From assembly GCA_040901675.1 (NCBI GenBank), contig JBBDYJ010000030.1, positions 1 to 64,000 of the forward strand: a DNA stretch of 64,000 nucleotides, given 5' to 3'. Below, piece by piece: positions 51,112 to 60,830 of this stretch (its first letter is position 1; every line of letters begins with the position of its first letter). A program made the position numbers and the translations under genes. This stretch comes from Pirellulales bacterium. GTDB lineage: Bacteria > Planctomycetota > Planctomycetia > Pirellulales > JAICIG01. The notes under the pieces were generated by a model, which ran no database searches, was not told where the DNA came from, and was given only the letters and a program-made list of their open reading frames with translations.

Positions 51112-51365
51112 CGGTCAAAGGGCAGCGCAAGCCCCGCCGCTTGCGACGAAAGCCCGCCCTGAACGGGTATTGACCCCCGGCCGGCAAAAACGCCCCTTTT
51201 TCCTTGATTTACCCAGTTTATCGAATTAAGATCGAAGGGCGCTACGGCAGCTTGTGGCAGCACTTCGCCTATATTTGAGCCAACAAACCGCCCCCACCTT
51301 CCAGGTAGATGGCCTGCCGGTGGGGGCGTACCGGACAGTTCTTCGCAACAGGAGTTTCAGCCGCC

Positions 51366-52772
51366 ATGGTCTCCCGATCGTTTGCCCGCCCCGCGCTATT
51401 GCCTCTGCTCTTCACTGTGGCGATGCTGACCGTGCCTGCCACGTTGAAAGCGCAGGGCAACGGCAACGGCAACGGCCAGAACCTGCAGGGCGTCGCCGGT
51501 GTCGCGGTTGACGCCAACGGCGTCTTGTCCGTCCTTTTTCGTAACGACGCGACGGGCGAATTGACCCGCCAGCAGATTGAGGCAGCCAAGGCCACGCTCG
51601 ATCCCAAGCTGGCTGGAAAGAGCCCACTGCGGAAAATCTCGTTGAATCGGCTGGAGCGGGCCATCGCGGCACGGTTGGCCGCCGGCCGCCAGATCTCCGG
51701 CGACATGCAGTACCTGGCCGGCATGACTCGCATCCAGTTTGTGTTTTGCTATCCGGAGTCGGGCGACATTGTGATCGCCGGTCCGGCGGAAGGCTGGTTC
51801 CAGGACCTGGCCGGCAGGCCGGTGGGCCTGTCGACCGGGCGCCCCGTGCTGGAGCTGCAGGATTTGATCGTGGCACTGCGGGCGTATCCGCCCGGCCAGC
51901 GGCAAGGGCCGGTCATCGGCTGCTCGATCGATCCCACGCCGGAGGGCCTGGCCAACATGCAGCAGTTTCTCCGCCAGGTCGGCGGTCGGGCCACCCCCGC
52001 CGACACCGAGTTCATTGTCAACGGGTTGCGGACCAGCCTCGGCCTGCAGCAGGTCCGCGTCCTGGGCGTCCCGCCCGATACGCACTTTGCCCAGGTGATG
52101 GTGGAGGCCGACTACCGCATGAAGCTGATCGGCATCGGCCTGGAACGGCCGCCGGTCAAGCTGGCCAGCTATGTCGACAAGGCCGATCCGGCCCAGGTCA
52201 GCCGCAACGCCCTGCAGCGGTGGTTCTTCACGCCGGACTACGAGTGCGTGCGGGTCAGCGGCGATCGCATGGCCATGGAACTGGTGGGGGATGGGGTGAA
52301 GCTGGTGGGCGAGGACGAAGTGGTCGGCGCCGACGGCCAGCGGAAGCGGGCCGGCAGCACCAACCGCGCGAGTGAGTTGTTCGTCCAAGGATTCACGCGA
52401 AAGTATCCGGAGCTGGCCCGCAAGTCGCCCGTATATGCACAACTCCGCAACCTGATCGACATGGCCGTGGCCGCTGCCTTTATCCAGCAGGAAGACTATT
52501 ACAGCCAAACCGGCTGGAGCATGGAAACACTGGGCAATGAGGCGGTGCTGAGCGTGGAAACCTATCAGACTCCGGTGCAGGTCGACACCGCGGTCGCCAG
52601 CGTCTGGAAGGGAAACCGGCTGATGACGCCGGTGGGCGGCGGCGTGCACATCGAGGCCGAGACGGCCCTCGATCCATCGCATCTGCTCCAGGACAAGGAG
52701 GGCAAGGTCCACGAGCACCGTCTCCAGACCCGGCTCGATCATCTCGCCGAAGGCCAATGGTGGTGGGACTGA
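51366..52772 (+). CDS. DUF1598 domain secreted protein
   Basis: GV.VDA.GVL, RKISL.RLE, CSIDP, VEADYRMK, RWFF, terminal WWWD. Confidence 0.8.
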   Translation: MVSRSFARPALLPLLFTVAMLTVPATLKAQGNGNGNGQNLQGVAGVAVDANGVLSVLFRNDATGELTRQQIEAAKATLDPKLAGKSPLRKISLNRLERAIAARLAAGRQISGDMQYLAGMTRIQFVFCYPESGDIVIAGPAEGWFQDLAGRPVGLSTGRPVLELQDLIVALRAYPPGQRQGPVIGCSIDPTPEGLANMQQFLRQVGGRATPADTEFIVNGLRTSLGLQQVRVLGVPPDTHFAQVMVEADYRMKLIGIGLERPPVKLASYVDKADPAQVSRNALQRWFFTPDYECVRVSGDRMAMELVGDGVKLVGEDEVVGADGQRKRAGSTNRASELFVQGFTRKYPELARKSPVYAQLRNLIDMAVAAAFIQQEDYYSQTGWSMETLGNEAVLSVETYQTPVQVDTAVASVWKGNRLMTPVGGGVHIEAETALDPSHLLQDKEGKVHEHRLQTRLDHLAEGQWWWD

Positions 52773-53027
52773 AACTCTCGTGCCAGGCTTCCCTTCCAAG
52801 TTGGGGCGCTAAGCCCCAAGTGCCAAAAAAGCCGAAATTTGATCGACACGGCCTGATCGGCTGCTAAAATGCGGTCGTTGCGGTAGCCGCACGACGCGGT
52901 TGCGGCGTGGTGCATTGGCACGTCCCGTCTGGCTTGCAGTCCGGCAGCCTGCCATAAGTTCAGTGTTGGCACTTCGGGGGGCACCTGGCGGCGGGGCCAG
53001 TTTTTTGCTCTGGATACGGGGGGTAGC

Positions 53028-54284
53028 ATGACCTCGTTCTCGTTTTTTCGTTCCGCGTCGGTTGCCGTATCGCTGGCCGCGCTGCTCTCGCTGTCGCCCG
53101 GATGCGATGACGGCGGCCCGGCAGCTCCCGATCCGTTGGCCGGCGCGGCCCTGCCCGCCGGCGCCGCCCCGCTGCCATCCGGCGCCGTGGCTCCAGGCAG
53201 CGCTCCGCCTCCAGCGCCAACCCCGGCGCAGCCGGCGATGGCCGCCGCCGCCGGCGCCCATGCCAGCCAGCCCCAGGGCAACTTGATCACCGGAGCGCTA
53301 GCCGGAAACACCAGCCAGCCAGGCACGGGAATACCGGGCGGCGCCGTGCCGGGAACCACGCCCGGGGCCGCGGTTCCAGGCCAACCGGCTGCGGTACCGG
53401 GTGCAGCGCCGGCAGGCGGCGTCGGCACCCCAGGCATACCAGGCGCGACGGGGACATCCGCGGGAACGACGGCAGTGCCGGGCGCCGCGACGAGCGTACC
53501 GGCCGGCACGGCCGCCGCGGCGCCTGCGGCGGTTGTGGTGCAGACGGGCGACGTGGCCGGGCTCGGGCGGGCCGTCGACACGTGGCGCGCGCAGCCGGGC
53601 GAGCTGCTGGGCGCCACGCGGATGAAGGACAAACCCGTGCTGGCCGGCTATAGCTGGATGGTGCCGCTTCTGCCCCATCTGGGCCATCAGGACGTGTATT
53701 CCAAGTTCAACCTGGAGAAGCCGTGGACCGAGGACGAGAAAGCCCAAGGTGCCGAAACCACGAACCTGCAACTCAGTGGCACGATCATCCCGGCATTTCT
53801 CGATCCGACGAATCCCCAGCACCGCTGGAAGGGCTTTCCCTTTCTCGACGACGGACCGGGCCTGACCCATTACGTGGGGATGTCGGGAATCGAAGACAGT
53901 CGCAACGTGGTGGCGGCCGCGCTAGCGCGCAGCGATCCGCGAGCCGGCATTTTCGGCTATGACCAGGTGGCCCGGCTGGCCGAGATCACCGACGGCGCCT
54001 CGAACACCATCATGCTGATCGGCTCGGGCAAGATGACGGGGCCCTGGGTCCAAGCGGGCGGCGCCACGATCCGCGGCGCCCGCGCCCCCTACTTCGACTC
54101 ATTGACCGGCTTTGGTTCGGCCACGTCGCCCGGCAGCGGCGCCATCGTGCTCATGGCCGACGGCTCGGTCAAGACGATCTCCAAGGACATCGACCCCGCG
54201 GTGTTCCGCGCCCTGTGTACCATCCACGGCGCCGAGTCGATCGACCTGACACAGCTTAGCGGCGCCGTTCAACCCAAAAACTGA
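53028..54284 (+). CDS. Lipoprotein-like protein with Pro/Ala/Gly linker and DUF1559-like domain
   Basis: SWMV.LLP.L, I.DG.SNTI, VLMADGSV. Confidence 0.7.
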   Translation: MTSFSFFRSASVAVSLAALLSLSPGCDDGGPAAPDPLAGAALPAGAAPLPSGAVAPGSAPPPAPTPAQPAMAAAAGAHASQPQGNLITGALAGNTSQPGTGIPGGAVPGTTPGAAVPGQPAAVPGAAPAGGVGTPGIPGATGTSAGTTAVPGAATSVPAGTAAAAPAAVVVQTGDVAGLGRAVDTWRAQPGELLGATRMKDKPVLAGYSWMVPLLPHLGHQDVYSKFNLEKPWTEDEKAQGAETTNLQLSGTIIPAFLDPTNPQHRWKGFPFLDDGPGLTHYVGMSGIEDSRNVVAAALARSDPRAGIFGYDQVARLAEITDGASNTIMLIGSGKMTGPWVQAGGATIRGARAPYFDSLTGFGSATSPGSGAIVLMADGSVKTISKDIDPAVFRALCTIHGAESIDLTQLSGAVQPKN

Positions 54285-54349
54285 CTGCAACCCAAGAACT
54301 GGGCCATTCGACAACGAACTCTTCGACCGCCTTTGAGGGAGGGATATCG

Positions 54350-55801
54350 ATGACGCGTCTGGCAACCTGTCTGCTGGCGGCGGCGGCCGTGTTGGTCGCC
54401 CGGCCGATACCGGCTGGGGCCGATTTCATCGAATATGCGGTCGGCGACGGGCTGGTGTTCATCCTCCAGGGCAAAGCGACGGCCAACCCCGGCCGCACCG
54501 TCACGTTCAGGCACGCCAAGTTCGGCAACCTTTATTTCAGCCTGTACGACGTCAAGATTCACAAGGTGCCGACGCTTTCGCAGCAGTACGAAAAGCTGGT
54601 CGCCAAGGCCAACTTGAAGAAGGACGCCGACGAGATGTTCCAGGCCGGCATTTGGGCCCTGAGGCATGGCATGCTCGACAAGCACTATGCCGCCGTCGAC
54701 AAGGCGCTCGAGTTCGACCCCAAGCACGCCGAGTCGCTGCGGATCCGCAAGCTCAAGGCGGAGATGGACAAGCCGCTCCCCGAGTCGTCGGTCGAGGAGA
54801 GCGAGCTGCGCGCCTTCGTGCCGCGGCCGCAGATGAGGATCGCCACCAGCAAGCACTTCATCCTGCTGTACGACACGCCCGACCAGCCCGACAAGGAAAA
54901 AGGACAGAAGCGCCCCCGCCACGAGGAACGGCTGGAACTGTTGGAGCAGGTCTACGAGAGCTTCCTCTTGACGTTCTTCTCCCGTGGCGTGGACCTGGAA
55001 GTCCCCAAGGAGCGGCTCAAGGTGGTGCTGTTCAACAACTACGCCGACTTCAAGGACTTCTCGGTCCGGCTGGACGCCACGCTGATCAACGCCGCCGGCT
55101 TTTACATGCCCGAGGTGAATATCAGCTTCTTTTTCGATCACGGCACCGACGAGCGGTTCGAGGCCTTGCAGCAGATGAACAAGGACATGGAGGCGCGCAT
55201 CAAGGAGTTGGTCCGCGCCCGCAGGGGCGGCGAGTACATCCGTCTTGCCAACACGCTCAAGCTCTTGACCAGGCTGGCCCAGGAGAGCCAGGACATCGAG
55301 GTCGTCAGCCACGAGGCCACGCATCAGTTGGCCGGCAACACGGGGCTATTCCCCCGGCACGTGCGGGTGCCCAGTTGGGTCCATGAAGGCCTGGCCGCCT
55401 ACTTCGAGTCGCCCAACGACGGCGCTTGGAGCGGCATCGGCGCCGTGAACAAGCGGCGGATCCAGTACTACCGGGCGCTGGAACCGGACCGCGAGCACTC
55501 GAACATCGACTTCATCGTGGGAGACCAGATTTTCGATTACGCCGGCAACATCGGGTCCACGCTGCACGGCTACGGTCAGGCCTGGGCCCTCACGCACTTC
55601 CTGATGGAGAAGCATTTCGACAAGTTCATCACCTACTACAGGAAGCTGGGAGAGTTTCCCCCCGACATGACGATTGCCCCCGAGATGCTGACCACGCTAT
55701 TCAACGAGGTCTTCGGCTCCGACCGGGGGCCCCTCGACGGCGAGTGGCGCAGCTACATGCGCAGTCTCAAGACCGACATCGAGCAGGTCATCGGCGACTA
55801 G
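54350..55801 (+). CDS. DUF1570 domain protein (HExxH peptidase-like)
   Basis: HEATHQL, P.W..EGLA.YFE, Y.QAWALTHFL. Confidence 0.8.
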   Translation: MTRLATCLLAAAAVLVARPIPAGADFIEYAVGDGLVFILQGKATANPGRTVTFRHAKFGNLYFSLYDVKIHKVPTLSQQYEKLVAKANLKKDADEMFQAGIWALRHGMLDKHYAAVDKALEFDPKHAESLRIRKLKAEMDKPLPESSVEESELRAFVPRPQMRIATSKHFILLYDTPDQPDKEKGQKRPRHEERLELLEQVYESFLLTFFSRGVDLEVPKERLKVVLFNNYADFKDFSVRLDATLINAAGFYMPEVNISFFFDHGTDERFEALQQMNKDMEARIKELVRARRGGEYIRLANTLKLLTRLAQESQDIEVVSHEATHQLAGNTGLFPRHVRVPSWVHEGLAAYFESPNDGAWSGIGAVNKRRIQYYRALEPDREHSNIDFIVGDQIFDYAGNIGSTLHGYGQAWALTHFLMEKHFDKFITYYRKLGEFPPDMTIAPEMLTTLFNEVFGSDRGPLDGEWRSYMRSLKTDIEQVIGD

Positions 55802-55804
55802 CGC

Positions 55805-55912
55805 GTTCGTAGTGACCGCATTCATGCGGTCTTGGGTTCGTAGTGCCCGCATTCATGCGGTCCTCCAAGAGTAGCAGGCGCACGTCAACAACGGACTAAA
55901 ATCCCGTTCTAC
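55805..55912. repeat. Cluster of GTAG-type REPs: two family A copies, a partial third type, and one family B copy
   Basis: GTAGTG(A/C)CCGCATTCATGCGGTC twice; GTAGCAGGCGCAC; AACGGACTAAAATCCCGTTCTAC. Confidence 0.8.
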
Positions 55913-57261
55913 ATCGCCTGCATCGATTCTTTCAGGCTTTCGAAATCGTGCCGGATCGCGTCGCTGACGTGGACCGGATAAGCGGGCTGGGCTGCCTCCA
56001 AGGCGGCAAGGGGCGGCGGAAGCCGACGAAGCTGCTCGATCGCATACTCGCGGGCCGCTCGAAGGTCCTCCTCCTGACCCGCCAGCCGCTTCCCGCCTTG
56101 CAACATCGGGACCAACAGCCCGCTGCCCTCCGCTCTTGCGCCCCATCGGCCGATGATGTCCCGCTGCATCCGTCCATCCTCGACCACGCGGAACACCTGC
56201 TTGCGGCCGGGATAAAGCGCCTTGCTCGTCGAGAGCTTGATGCGGCCCCGCCCCGCGTATTCGACCAGCTTGTAGGCCATGTCCAGGCTGGGGGCGTCCT
56301 CGCTCACCACCAGGTGCGTCCCCACCCCAAACCCGTCGATCGGCACATCCGACTCCACGAAGCGGCTAATCGCCCGTTCATCCAATTCGCTGGAAGCGAA
56401 GATCTTTACCTGCGCCAGGCCGGCCTGGTCGAGCATCCGCCGCGCCTCGCGAGCCAACACTTCCAAATCCCCGGAGTCGAGCCGTATCGCGCCGACGTGG
56501 AAATCGGAACCGAGCCGCGCGGCTAGCTCGATCACGCGGCCCACCCCCTGCAGCGTGTCGTACGTGTCGACCAACAATGTCGTGCCGGGATAGCGGCGTG
56601 CAAAGGCCGCGAGCGCCGACCGCTCGTTGTCGTGGGCCTGGACATAGCTGTGCGCCATCGTGCCGAAAACCGGTATATCGAAGAGCTTCCCCGCCTCGAC
56701 CAGCGAGGTGCCGTCGGCCCCCACCAGGTAACTTGCGCGAGCCGCCTTGAGGGCCGCATCCAAGCCATGCGCCCGGCGGGCGCCGAAGTCGACGACCGTT
56801 CGGCCCTGGGCCGCCAGGACGATCCGGGCGGCCTTGGACGCGATGACCGTCTGGAAGTGGACCTGGTTGAGCAGAAAGGTCTCGACCAACTGGGCTTGAA
56901 TCATGGGTGCCACAACCTGCACGAGCGGCTCGTTCGGGAACACGACCGTTCCCTCCGGCACAGCAAACACGTGGCCCTGGAAGCGGAAGTCCTGCAATCG
57001 CCGGATGAATTCGTCCGAGAAGAGACCCTGCCGCCGCAAGTAATCGGCGTCCTCGTCGGTGAAGTGAACCGACTCGAGATATGCCAGCGCGTCCCAGATG
57101 CCCGCCGCAACGGCAAAGTTCCGTCCTGGCGGCAGGCTGCGAAAAAACAGCTCGAAGACGGCCGTTTCGTGCATCCCCTCGGCATCGTAGGCCTGGGCCA
57201 TCGTCAGCTCATAAAGGTCCGTGAACAGACCCAGACCGCTGGTACGTAGAACGGAATTCAT
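55909..57261 (-). CDS. pncB: Nicotinate phosphoribosyltransferase
   Basis: FTDLYELTM, DFGARR.H, GTMAHS, LVDTYD, RLDSGD, GVGT. Confidence 0.93.
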   Translation of the reverse strand: MNSVLRTSGLGLFTDLYELTMAQAYDAEGMHETAVFELFFRSLPPGRNFAVAAGIWDALAYLESVHFTDEDADYLRRQGLFSDEFIRRLQDFRFQGHVFAVPEGTVVFPNEPLVQVVAPMIQAQLVETFLLNQVHFQTVIASKAARIVLAAQGRTVVDFGARRAHGLDAALKAARASYLVGADGTSLVEAGKLFDIPVFGTMAHSYVQAHDNERSALAAFARRYPGTTLLVDTYDTLQGVGRVIELAARLGSDFHVGAIRLDSGDLEVLAREARRMLDQAGLAQVKIFASSELDERAISRFVESDVPIDGFGVGTHLVVSEDAPSLDMAYKLVEYAGRGRIKLSTSKALYPGRKQVFRVVEDGRMQRDIIGRWGARAEGSGLLVPMLQGGKRLAGQEEDLRAAREYAIEQLRRLPPPLAALEAAQPAYPVHVSDAIRHDFESLKESMQAM

Positions 57262-57398
57262 TCCGTTTACCCCCACGTAGAACGGAATTCATTCCGTTTA
57301 ACCCGAAAAGTGCAGGTCTCGAGCAAACGGAATGAATTCCGTTCTACGACTTCTGACCTCTGACCTCTGACTTCTGACCTCTGACCCCTGACTCCTGT
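57244..57398. repeat. Three GTAG-type family B REPs (two direct, one inverted) followed by a (TCTGACC)n heptamer tract
   Basis: CGTAGAACGGAATTCATTCCGTTT at 57245 and 57276; inverted copy at 57325-57348. Confidence 0.9.
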
Positions 57399-57400
57399 CA

Positions 57401-57970
57401 CTACGCCTCCACGGCGGCGCCGGCCTGTCGAAGCTCGCCGAGGACCGCTTCGACGGCGCTTGGTGTTGCATTCAGGGCACGGGTCGCCGGCAGCACGAGG
57501 TGTAGCTCGAAACCTTCCCGCAGCGCATCGAGCACGGTCGCCCGCACGCACACGTCGAGGGCCAGGCCGCCGACCCAAAGACGGCGGACCCCGCGGCCAG
57601 CCAGGTTTTCGGCAAGGCCCGTGCCGTCGAAAGCGGAATACTGATCGCGATCGGGATCCTGGCCCTTGCTGACGATGACCGTCGAACCATCGATCCGCAG
57701 GCCGGGGTGAAACTCGGCGCCCCAGGTTCGCTGGACGCAATGCACGGGCCACGGTCCGCCGAACGGTCGAAAACTGGAGTGATTGGGTGGATGCCAGTCG
57801 CGCGAGGCGACCGAGGGCCCGCCTGCCGCCTTGGCCGACTCGAACCAGTCGTTCAGCACCGGGATGATTTCATCCCCGCCGGACACGCTCAGAGCTCCAC
57901 CCGGGCAAAAATCGTTCTGGACGTCCACGGCAAGCACTGCATCGTGCCGATCCAAGGGCGGCGTGGCCAT
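57401..57970 (-). CDS. pncA: Nicotinamidase / pyrazinamidase
   Basis: VDVQNDFCPGG, DWHP..H, WP.HCV, YSAF, GLALD.CV. Confidence 0.93.
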   Translation of the reverse strand: MATPPLDRHDAVLAVDVQNDFCPGGALSVSGGDEIIPVLNDWFESAKAAGGPSVASRDWHPPNHSSFRPFGGPWPVHCVQRTWGAEFHPGLRIDGSTVIVSKGQDPDRDQYSAFDGTGLAENLAGRGVRRLWVGGLALDVCVRATVLDALREGFELHLVLPATRALNATPSAVEAVLGELRQAGAAVEA

Positions 57971-57980
57971 GACTCACCAA

Positions 57981-58973
57981 TCACTTCCCCCGAACGTGCT
58001 CGGGAAAGTCCCGTTCATAGCGCTCGACCAGCGCGGCCACGTCGGCCGGCACCACGTAGATCTTGCCTCGAATCTCCTTGGTCGCGCCCGGCGCGAGGCC
58101 GCCGATGCGAAAGTCGGAGTGCAGGCAGGTCGCCACCCCCTGGAACAATTCCTGGTACGGCTCCCAGGCGGTGGCCATGATCATCGTATCATCCGCTGAG
58201 AAGCAGCCGCAAAGGCCGCTGGAACAAACCAGCTCGCTGATCGGCCGCGGGTTGACGTCGTCGGCGCCGACGCCCGGCGCCCGGTAGACCTGGCCCGGCA
58301 CGTAGCGGGCCTTGGTTGCCCAAGGCCGGGTGGGCAGCCGCGTCAGCCGGCCTTCCAGAAACACGAAGCATTGCGGGATGTACTCCTCGCGTCCCATGCC
58401 GGTGAACGTGTCGACCCGGATGCACGGCTGCGCCCAGTGCGCCTGCGATGCCCGCTGCGTCGGGTTGGTCGCCACCAGGCGGAAGTCGACCTCGTCGCTG
58501 CCCGCCGTGATCTGGTGACGCACGCGCACGCCGTCGGCCAGGCGGCACTCAAGCTCGAGCCGGCTGCCGTCCTCGGCGGCTCGCACCAGCTCGGTCCGGT
58601 GCTTGATCACCGTCTCGCCCCAGTCGCGGTCCGTCGAACCGGGCCGGCAGTAGGCCTCCAGGTACTGGACCCGCAGCGCGCCGCCGGGAATCCGCGGGCC
58701 GCGGATGGTGAGGAAATTGTCCTTCCAAGCCAGCTCGAGCAGCCTGGCGTTGGGTTCGGGGGCCGCGGCCGGCGCGCCGGTTTGGGGCCCGTAAAGCAGC
58801 AGGCACACTCCGTGTGCCGCGGCACGCAGGGGCATCTGGCGGGTTTGAACTTCGCCAAAGCGGTCCTCCCGCGGAGCGTCCTGCCGGCCGCCGCCTTGTG
58901 GCTTGCCGGCGGCGGCCACGGCCAGGCAGACGACCACCCCGGCAAGCAAGACATCTGGTCGCGGGCAGCGCAT
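57981..58973 (-). CDS. Secreted hypothetical protein
   Basis: Signal peptide; YLEAYCRPGS, HWAQPCIRV, CLHSDFRIGGL. Confidence 0.7.
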   Translation of the reverse strand: MRCPRPDVLLAGVVVCLAVAAAGKPQGGGRQDAPREDRFGEVQTRQMPLRAAAHGVCLLLYGPQTGAPAAAPEPNARLLELAWKDNFLTIRGPRIPGGALRVQYLEAYCRPGSTDRDWGETVIKHRTELVRAAEDGSRLELECRLADGVRVRHQITAGSDEVDFRLVATNPTQRASQAHWAQPCIRVDTFTGMGREEYIPQCFVFLEGRLTRLPTRPWATKARYVPGQVYRAPGVGADDVNPRPISELVCSSGLCGCFSADDTMIMATAWEPYQELFQGVATCLHSDFRIGGLAPGATKEIRGKIYVVPADVAALVERYERDFPEHVRGK

Positions 58974-59048
58974 CGGACACCTCCGTCTTGGTCACCGCTT
59001 TGCAAACCGCGGGCCGGACCGCCCCGCTTCAAGCGGCGGCTGGAAGCT

Positions 59049-59549
59049 TTATTTGGGAGCAAGGATACAGACGATCCGCCGGCCTTGCTGGGAGGGTGCG
59101 GATTCGACTTTGCCCACGTCTTCCAGGCTGCGGATGATCTGCTGCACCACCCGCTGGCCTTCTTCGACGTGGGCCAATTCGCGGCCCCGGAAAATGACCG
59201 AAACGCTCACCTTGTCCTTATGCCCCAGGAACTCCCGCGCGCGATTGACTTTGACTCCGATGTCGTGCTCACCCGTCTTGGGGCGAACGCGGATCTCCTT
59301 GATCTTGGTCTGGTGCGTGTGGGTCTTGTGCTGCCGTTTTTTCTGCTGGTACTTGAACTTGCCGAAATCCATGATGCGGCAAACGGGGGGCCGCTCGTTG
59401 GGAGCCACCTCGACCAGGTCCAAGTCGGCCTCGCGGGCCTGCGTCAAAGCCTGTTCGGTGGGCATGATTCCCAATTGTTCTCCTTCGGCCGAAATAACTC
59501 GCACGGGCGAAATGCGGATCTGTTCATTGATCCTCTGTGACCGTTCGAT
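59049..59549 (-). CDS. infC: Translation initiation factor IF-3, probable non-canonical ATC start
   Basis: RINEQIR...[34 protein letters not shown] 9 nt before the ATC and an in-frame TAG just upstream. Confidence 0.92.
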   Translation of the reverse strand: MERSQRINEQIRISPVRVISAEGEQLGIMPTEQALTQAREADLDLVEVAPNERPPVCRIMDFGKFKYQQKKRQHKTHTHQTKIKEIRVRPKTGEHDIGVKVNRAREFLGHKDKVSVSVIFRGRELAHVEEGQRVVQQIIRSLEDVGKVESAPSQQGRRIVCILAPK

Positions 59550-59819
59550 CGCTGTCGTCCTCCACTACTAAACCATGGGACGGGTAAAAGACGCCGTGGT
59601 GCCGCGGCGGCCGCCGCTTGCCGGCATCGCCGCGACACATGAGTATCCGCCAGCCCTTGGCCGGCCGTCAATCGTTTGCCCTTCTTTTTCTCCCAGCGGC
59701 TTTTTTCCCAGCGGCCCGCCGGCCGCTTCCGCTTGACAATTCCCGGCCGGCCGTCGAAGCTGGCGGCTGGTCGGGCTGATTCTTTAAGCCTCAGGCAAAC
59801 ATACCACGGCGGTGGACTG

Positions 59820-60806
59820 ATGCGCATTTGCCGATACCGTTTTGAGGGGCGCGTTCAAGCGGGCCTGTACCACGAGCGGCGGATCGTGCCCTTCGAGGCC
59901 GGCGCGCTCGCCTACGCCCATGCCACCGGCGATCAGCTCGACCTGCACGGCGGCGACAACCTGTTGGAGTACCTGCCCCCCAGCGGGCCGCGATTGCCCG
60001 CCGCCCGCAAGCTCGCCATCTGGGTCGGCAAGGTGGCCGCCGCACCGCCGGGCGCGCGCCGCGGCGAAGCCGGGCCGCTGGACGGCGTGGCGATCGAACC
60101 GTCCGCCGTGGAACTGCTGGTGCCCGTGCCGCGTCCCAACAAGCTCTTTCTGCTGGCCGGCAACTATGCCGAGCATATCGAGGAGGGGGGCGGCGTCGCC
60201 GCCGAGCGGGCCGAGACCTTCCCCTACGTGTTCATGAAGCCGCCCAGCACCACGCTGACCGATCCCGGCAAACCGGTCCGCATCCCGGCCGCTTCTCCGG
60301 GCGCCATCGATTGGGAGCTGGAGCTGGCGGTGGTCATCGGCCGGCAGGCCAAAGGGGTGAGCGAATCGGAGGCCCTGGATGCCGTGGCCGGCTATACCGT
60401 GGTCAACGACATCAGCAACCGCCGTTTCCGGCCCAACCCATCGCGGAAGCAGCGGGAGAAGGACGCCTTCTTCGATTGGCTGCACGGCAAATGGCACGAC
60501 AGCTTCTGCCCCTGCGGACCGTGCATCCTGGCGGCCGACCCGGAGCTGGACCCGCAGAAGCTGGAGCTGACGCTGCGGCTCAACGGCGAGGTGCGGCAGC
60601 ACAGCTCGACGGCTCGCCAGATCTTTCCGGTCGCCGCCGTGATCGAGTTCATCTCCGCCATCGTCACGCTCGAGCCGGGCGACATCATCTCCACCGGCAC
60701 GCCGTCGGGCGTCGGCAGCTCGACCGGCACATTCTTGAAGCCGGGTGACGTCCTGGAGGCCGAGATCGCCTCGATCGGCAGCCTCGTCTCGCCGGTGGTC
60801 GGCTGA
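59820..60806 (+). CDS. Fumarylacetoacetate hydrolase family protein
   Basis: NY.EH, FMKP, DWELELAVVIG, NDIS.R, GDIISTGTP.GVG. Confidence 0.9.
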   Translation: MRICRYRFEGRVQAGLYHERRIVPFEAGALAYAHATGDQLDLHGGDNLLEYLPPSGPRLPAARKLAIWVGKVAAAPPGARRGEAGPLDGVAIEPSAVELLVPVPRPNKLFLLAGNYAEHIEEGGGVAAERAETFPYVFMKPPSTTLTDPGKPVRIPAASPGAIDWELELAVVIGRQAKGVSESEALDAVAGYTVVNDISNRRFRPNPSRKQREKDAFFDWLHGKWHDSFCPCGPCILAADPELDPQKLELTLRLNGEVRQHSSTARQIFPVAAVIEFISAIVTLEPGDIISTGTPSGVGSSTGTFLKPGDVLEAEIASIGSLVSPVVG

Positions 60807-60830
60807 GAATCTGGCTTGGGCAACCGACGC

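Noticed and set aside
57244..57348. CRISPR array
   Set aside because: Only two direct copies a few bases apart plus one inverted copy; no spacers or cas genes; fits REP elements.
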